Shown: positions 61,331 through 64,000 of the stretch, one piece after another
Layout of the letters: each line of letters starts with the position of its first letter
Numbering within the stretch: the stretch's first letter is position 1
Assembly (NCBI GenBank): GCA_913043255.1
Contig: CAJWLK010000001.1
Coordinates: 407,045-471,044 of the forward strand
Reading direction: 5' to 3'
Length of the DNA: 64,000 nucleotides
Origin: an uncultured Gemmatimonadota bacterium
GTDB lineage: Bacteria; Gemmatimonadota; Gemmatimonadetes; Palauibacterales; Palauibacteraceae
Program-made: the position numbers and the translations under genes
The notes under the pieces: model-generated
The model's input: the letters and a program-made list of their open reading frames with translations, nothing else
The model's database searches: none
Told to the model about the DNA's origin: nothing

Positions 61331-62722
61331 ATGGATTTCGGAACAGTGACTCCACTCGTCTACCTACTATCCGCGGTCCTCTTCATCTTCGGGATAAAGC
61401 GACTCGGACACCCGGAGACAGCTGCTAAGGGCAATAGGCTCGCCTCAGTCGGGATGCTACTCGCAATCCTGGCCACGTTACTAGACCGACAGATCCTTGA
61501 CTTCACATGGATCATCGCAGGACTGGTTGCCGGCGGGCTAATCGGCCTCGTTATGGCGAAGACCATAAAGATGACGGCTATGCCAGAAATGGTCGCCGTT
61601 TTCAATGGATTTGGCGGCGCAGCTTCCGGATTAGTGGCCACCGGTGAGTACCTTCGCATCATGGACATGGGTGGGACACTCGCAATCGATGCCGGTGTCT
61701 CTATCATGGCCGGAACTCTGATCGGCGCGGTCACATTCTCCGGCAGTATGATCGCATACGGTAAGTTGCAGGGCTTTGTCACCGGCAATGCCGTCTCGAA
61801 TCCTTTCGTCCGACTATTAGCAATCTTGCTCGCCGCTTTCGCAATCGGCTCTGCAGTCTACCTAGTTGGATTTGGTGGGGATTTACCTTTCTACTGGTCG
61901 CTTGTTGGATCGGCACTAATCCTAGGAGTGCTATTCGTAATCCCAATCGGCGGGGCAGACATGCCCGTGGTCATAGCACTACTGAACTCTTATTCGGGGC
62001 TTGCTGCCGCTGCCGCCGGATTCGTGCTGGAAAACAACGCGCTCATCATCTCGGGAGCACTGGTGGGCGCCTCCGGACTTGTCCTTACGAACATCATGTG
62101 CCGAGCCATGAACCGATCTTTGGTCAACGTTCTTTTCAGTGCGTTCGGTGCGGGCACAGCATCTGGTGTGACTGGAGATGACGGCGATAAAGTCGCGACA
62201 TCCATCGAGGCCGAAGATAGCGCTATGATTCTCGGGTACGCGTCACAGGTCGTTTTTGTGCCAGGCTATGGCCTCGCGGTCGCGCAAGCTCAGCACAAGA
62301 TTCGGGAACTTGCCGATCTTCTCACAGCTCGAGGCGTGAACGTTAAGTATTGCGTACATCCCGTTGCTGGGCGGATGCCGGGCCACATGAACGTACTTCT
62401 CGCTGAAGCAAACGTGCCCTACGATCAATTATGTGAACCCGAAGATGTAAATCCAGACATGGAGAACATCGATGTTGCCGTCGTGGTCGGTGCAAACGAC
62501 GTAGTGAACCCACTAGCACGAGACGATGCATCAAGTCCGATAGCCGGAATGCCAATCATTGAGACCGACCGAGCCAAAACGTGTATTGTGATCAAGCGAT
62601 CACTTTCGGTTGGCTATGCTGCGATCGATAACCCCCTCTTCTACAAAGAGAATAACCGCATGTTTTTTGGTGATGCGGCTGATGCACTAGGCTTAATCGC
62701 CGAAGAGGTGAAACAACTGTAG
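61331..62722 (+). CDS. pntB: NAD(P) transhydrogenase subunit beta
   Basis: Membrane N-terminal domain plus NADP(H)-binding dIII domain. Confidence 0.92.
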   Translation: MDFGTVTPLVYLLSAVLFIFGIKRLGHPETAAKGNRLASVGMLLAILATLLDRQILDFTWIIAGLVAGGLIGLVMAKTIKMTAMPEMVAVFNGFGGAASGLVATGEYLRIMDMGGTLAIDAGVSIMAGTLIGAVTFSGSMIAYGKLQGFVTGNAVSNPFVRLLAILLAAFAIGSAVYLVGFGGDLPFYWSLVGSALILGVLFVIPIGGADMPVVIALLNSYSGLAAAAAGFVLENNALIISGALVGASGLVLTNIMCRAMNRSLVNVLFSAFGAGTASGVTGDDGDKVATSIEAEDSAMILGYASQVVFVPGYGLAVAQAQHKIRELADLLTARGVNVKYCVHPVAGRMPGHMNVLLAEANVPYDQLCEPEDVNPDMENIDVAVVVGANDVVNPLARDDASSPIAGMPIIETDRAKTCIVIKRSLSVGYAAIDNPLFYKENNRMFFGDAADALGLIAEEVKQL

Positions 62723-62787
62723 AAAAGCAGACTGTTTAACTGTGACCAACAAGTCGGCCAAGGCTTGGTCTGCGGAATCGAGCAATT

Positions 62788-64000
62788 ATGACACTCGACA
62801 GACGTGCATTCCTCACCGTCGCCAGCGCTGGGTCAGCAAGCACCCTTACGTTGGGACTGGCAGGGTGTAACCTCAGCAACAGTGGCGACACCGAAGACAA
62901 AAGTCTGAGCGACTACCCAAACGATCCAGATGCAATTGAGGCACTCTACCGAGACAACATCTACACCCAACTTCTAGGAGTAAGACCTCACCTTCCCACA
63001 CACGAACACGTATCTAGATTGGGTGGTGGGCGAATGTCAGAAGAAGTCATAGCAGCCATGGCTCAGGCAAACGAATTTTTTGTAGACATGCATGAGCTGA
63101 TGGCAGCTGCGGGCGAACGGATTGCAGAGCTTGCAGGAGCTGAAGCAGCCTTGGTCACGGCTGGCGGTTTTTCGGCCATGGTACTCGGGGCAGCCGGGTG
63201 TCTCACAGGGACAGATCCAAAACGGGTGCACCATCTGCCCCACCCTACATGGGATCGCACTGAGTGCCTGATTCAAACACCCCACCGCTTCTCTTATGAT
63301 CGCGCATATAAAGATGCTGGAATGACCATCGTCGAAGCAGAGACCCGGGATGAGTTTGCGAAAAAAATCACTGAGCGGACAGCAATGATTGCCGCGCTTG
63401 TTACCGCTGAACGGCAGGCACTCTTCGCACCACCAACACCCTTGCACTGGGCTCCTGCGCCCGGCGCTGAAGTAATGAGTGTGCGCGAACAAATCAAATT
63501 GGGAAGCGACGCAGGGGTCCCAGTTCTTGTGGACATGGCCTCGGATCTCCCAACCAGAGCCAACTTAGGGGAGTTCATCGAAGCCGGAGCTGATTTGGTT
63601 GTGATCAGCGGGGGTAAAGGAATTGGCGGACCGCAGTCAACGGGCATTCTCGCCGGTCGGGCCGACTTGGTCGAGGCAGCGCGGCTCAACTCCTCTCCCA
63701 ATGACGGAATCGGACGCGGGATGAAAGTTGGGAAGGAAGAAATCGTCGGGTTAATCGTAGCGCTTGAGAGCTATGTGGCCAGCAATTTTGACGATTGGGT
63801 GGACGATTGGGGTAAAAAGGCACAGACGATCGCCGCCAAACTCCAGGATGTGCCTGGTCTCACTGCAGAAGTCGTCTTAAACACGGCAGGTTACGAAGAC
63901 GTTGAGATAACGTGGGACCCCAATGTGATCCCTCTCACAAGCGACGAAGCAAAGGCAGAACTCATGAGTGGAGAACCTCGCCTCGCCTACCTTATGACGA
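62788..64000 (+). CDS. SelA-like (PF03841-fold) PLP-dependent enzyme, Tat-exported lipoprotein, 3'-partial (runs off the window). It is absent from the ORF track because no stop codon lies within the window.
   Basis: Hand-translated. Twin-arginine motif DRRAFLT with LAGC lipobox; core GADLVVISGGKGIGGPQSTGIL aligns with E. coli SelA [21 protein letters not shown] (PLP-Lys). Confidence 0.6.
   Translation, partial: MTLDRRAFLTVASAGSASTLTLGLAGCNLSNSGDTEDKSLSDYPNDPDAIEALYRDNIYTQLLGVRPHLPTHEHVSRLGGGRMSEEVIAAMAQANEFFVDMHELMAAAGERIAELAGAEAALVTAGGFSAMVLGAAGCLTGTDPKRVHHLPHPTWDRTECLIQTPHRFSYDRAYKDAGMTIVEAETRDEFAKKITERTAMIAALVTAERQALFAPPTPLHWAPAPGAEVMSVREQIKLGSDAGVPVLVDMASDLPTRANLGEFIEAGADLVVISGGKGIGGPQSTGILAGRADLVEAARLNSSPNDGIGRGMKVGKEEIVGLIVALESYVASNFDDWVDDWGKKAQTIAAKLQDVPGLTAEVVLNTAGYEDVEITWDPNVIPLTSDEAKAELMSGEPRLAYLMT

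Noticed and set aside
62788-64000. Calling the terminal ORF the genuine selenocysteine synthase SelA
   Set aside because: It carries a Tat signal and lipobox and lacks the SelA N-terminal tRNA-binding domain, so it is a SelA-fold paralog and not the Sec-tRNA synthase.
1-64000. CRISPR arrays, rRNA genes, transposases/integrases, prophage genes
   Set aside because: No spacer-interleaved short direct-repeat arrays and no rRNA-like segments were seen. No ORF shows DDE/tyrosine-recombinase or phage structural motifs. The only tRNA (Gln) has no adjacent integrase.

Overview
This 64-kb window is a gene-dense, mostly housekeeping chromosomal segment from a moderately GC-rich bacterium. I cannot assign a phylum from sequence alone. 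No rRNA, CRISPR array, transposase or integrase was found, and there is one tRNA, Gln(TTG). The long co-directional minus-strand runs are phoH–pgpH–ybeY–mgtE–meaB–mutase, recA–recX–alaS–hyp119–SDR–cca–rarA–hflX–pdxJ–UPF0104–ispE–tRNA-Gln–fbp, and a split trp cluster (trpD, then trpC/trpF/trpB, then trpA). On the plus strand are purB–purC–purS–purQ–purL–purF and pntAA–pntAB–pntB. The strongest finding is an AhpD-like (carboxymuconolactone-decarboxylase family) gene. An in-frame TGA sits exactly at the second redox position of its Cys-x-x-Cys motif, and a hairpin lies 10 nt downstream, so it is very likely a selenoprotein (CxxU). It sits inside the trp cluster. Other notable features: a structured recA leader with complementary G8/C8 tracts and direct repeats; TTCGG-type repeats upstream of both lexA and recA; an AT-rich 215-bp island; and an accessory-looking block at about 48–59.6 kb (Upf1-like helicase, aromatic-amino-acid decarboxylase, a DsbA lipoprotein, a three-gene operon of a hypothetical protein plus two large CRTAC1/ASPIC-UnbV lipoproteins, and a secreted hypothetical). 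A Tat-exported lipoprotein with a SelA-like PLP fold runs off the 3' end of the window. All calls rest on motif and family recognition in the translated ORFs; no database search was possible.
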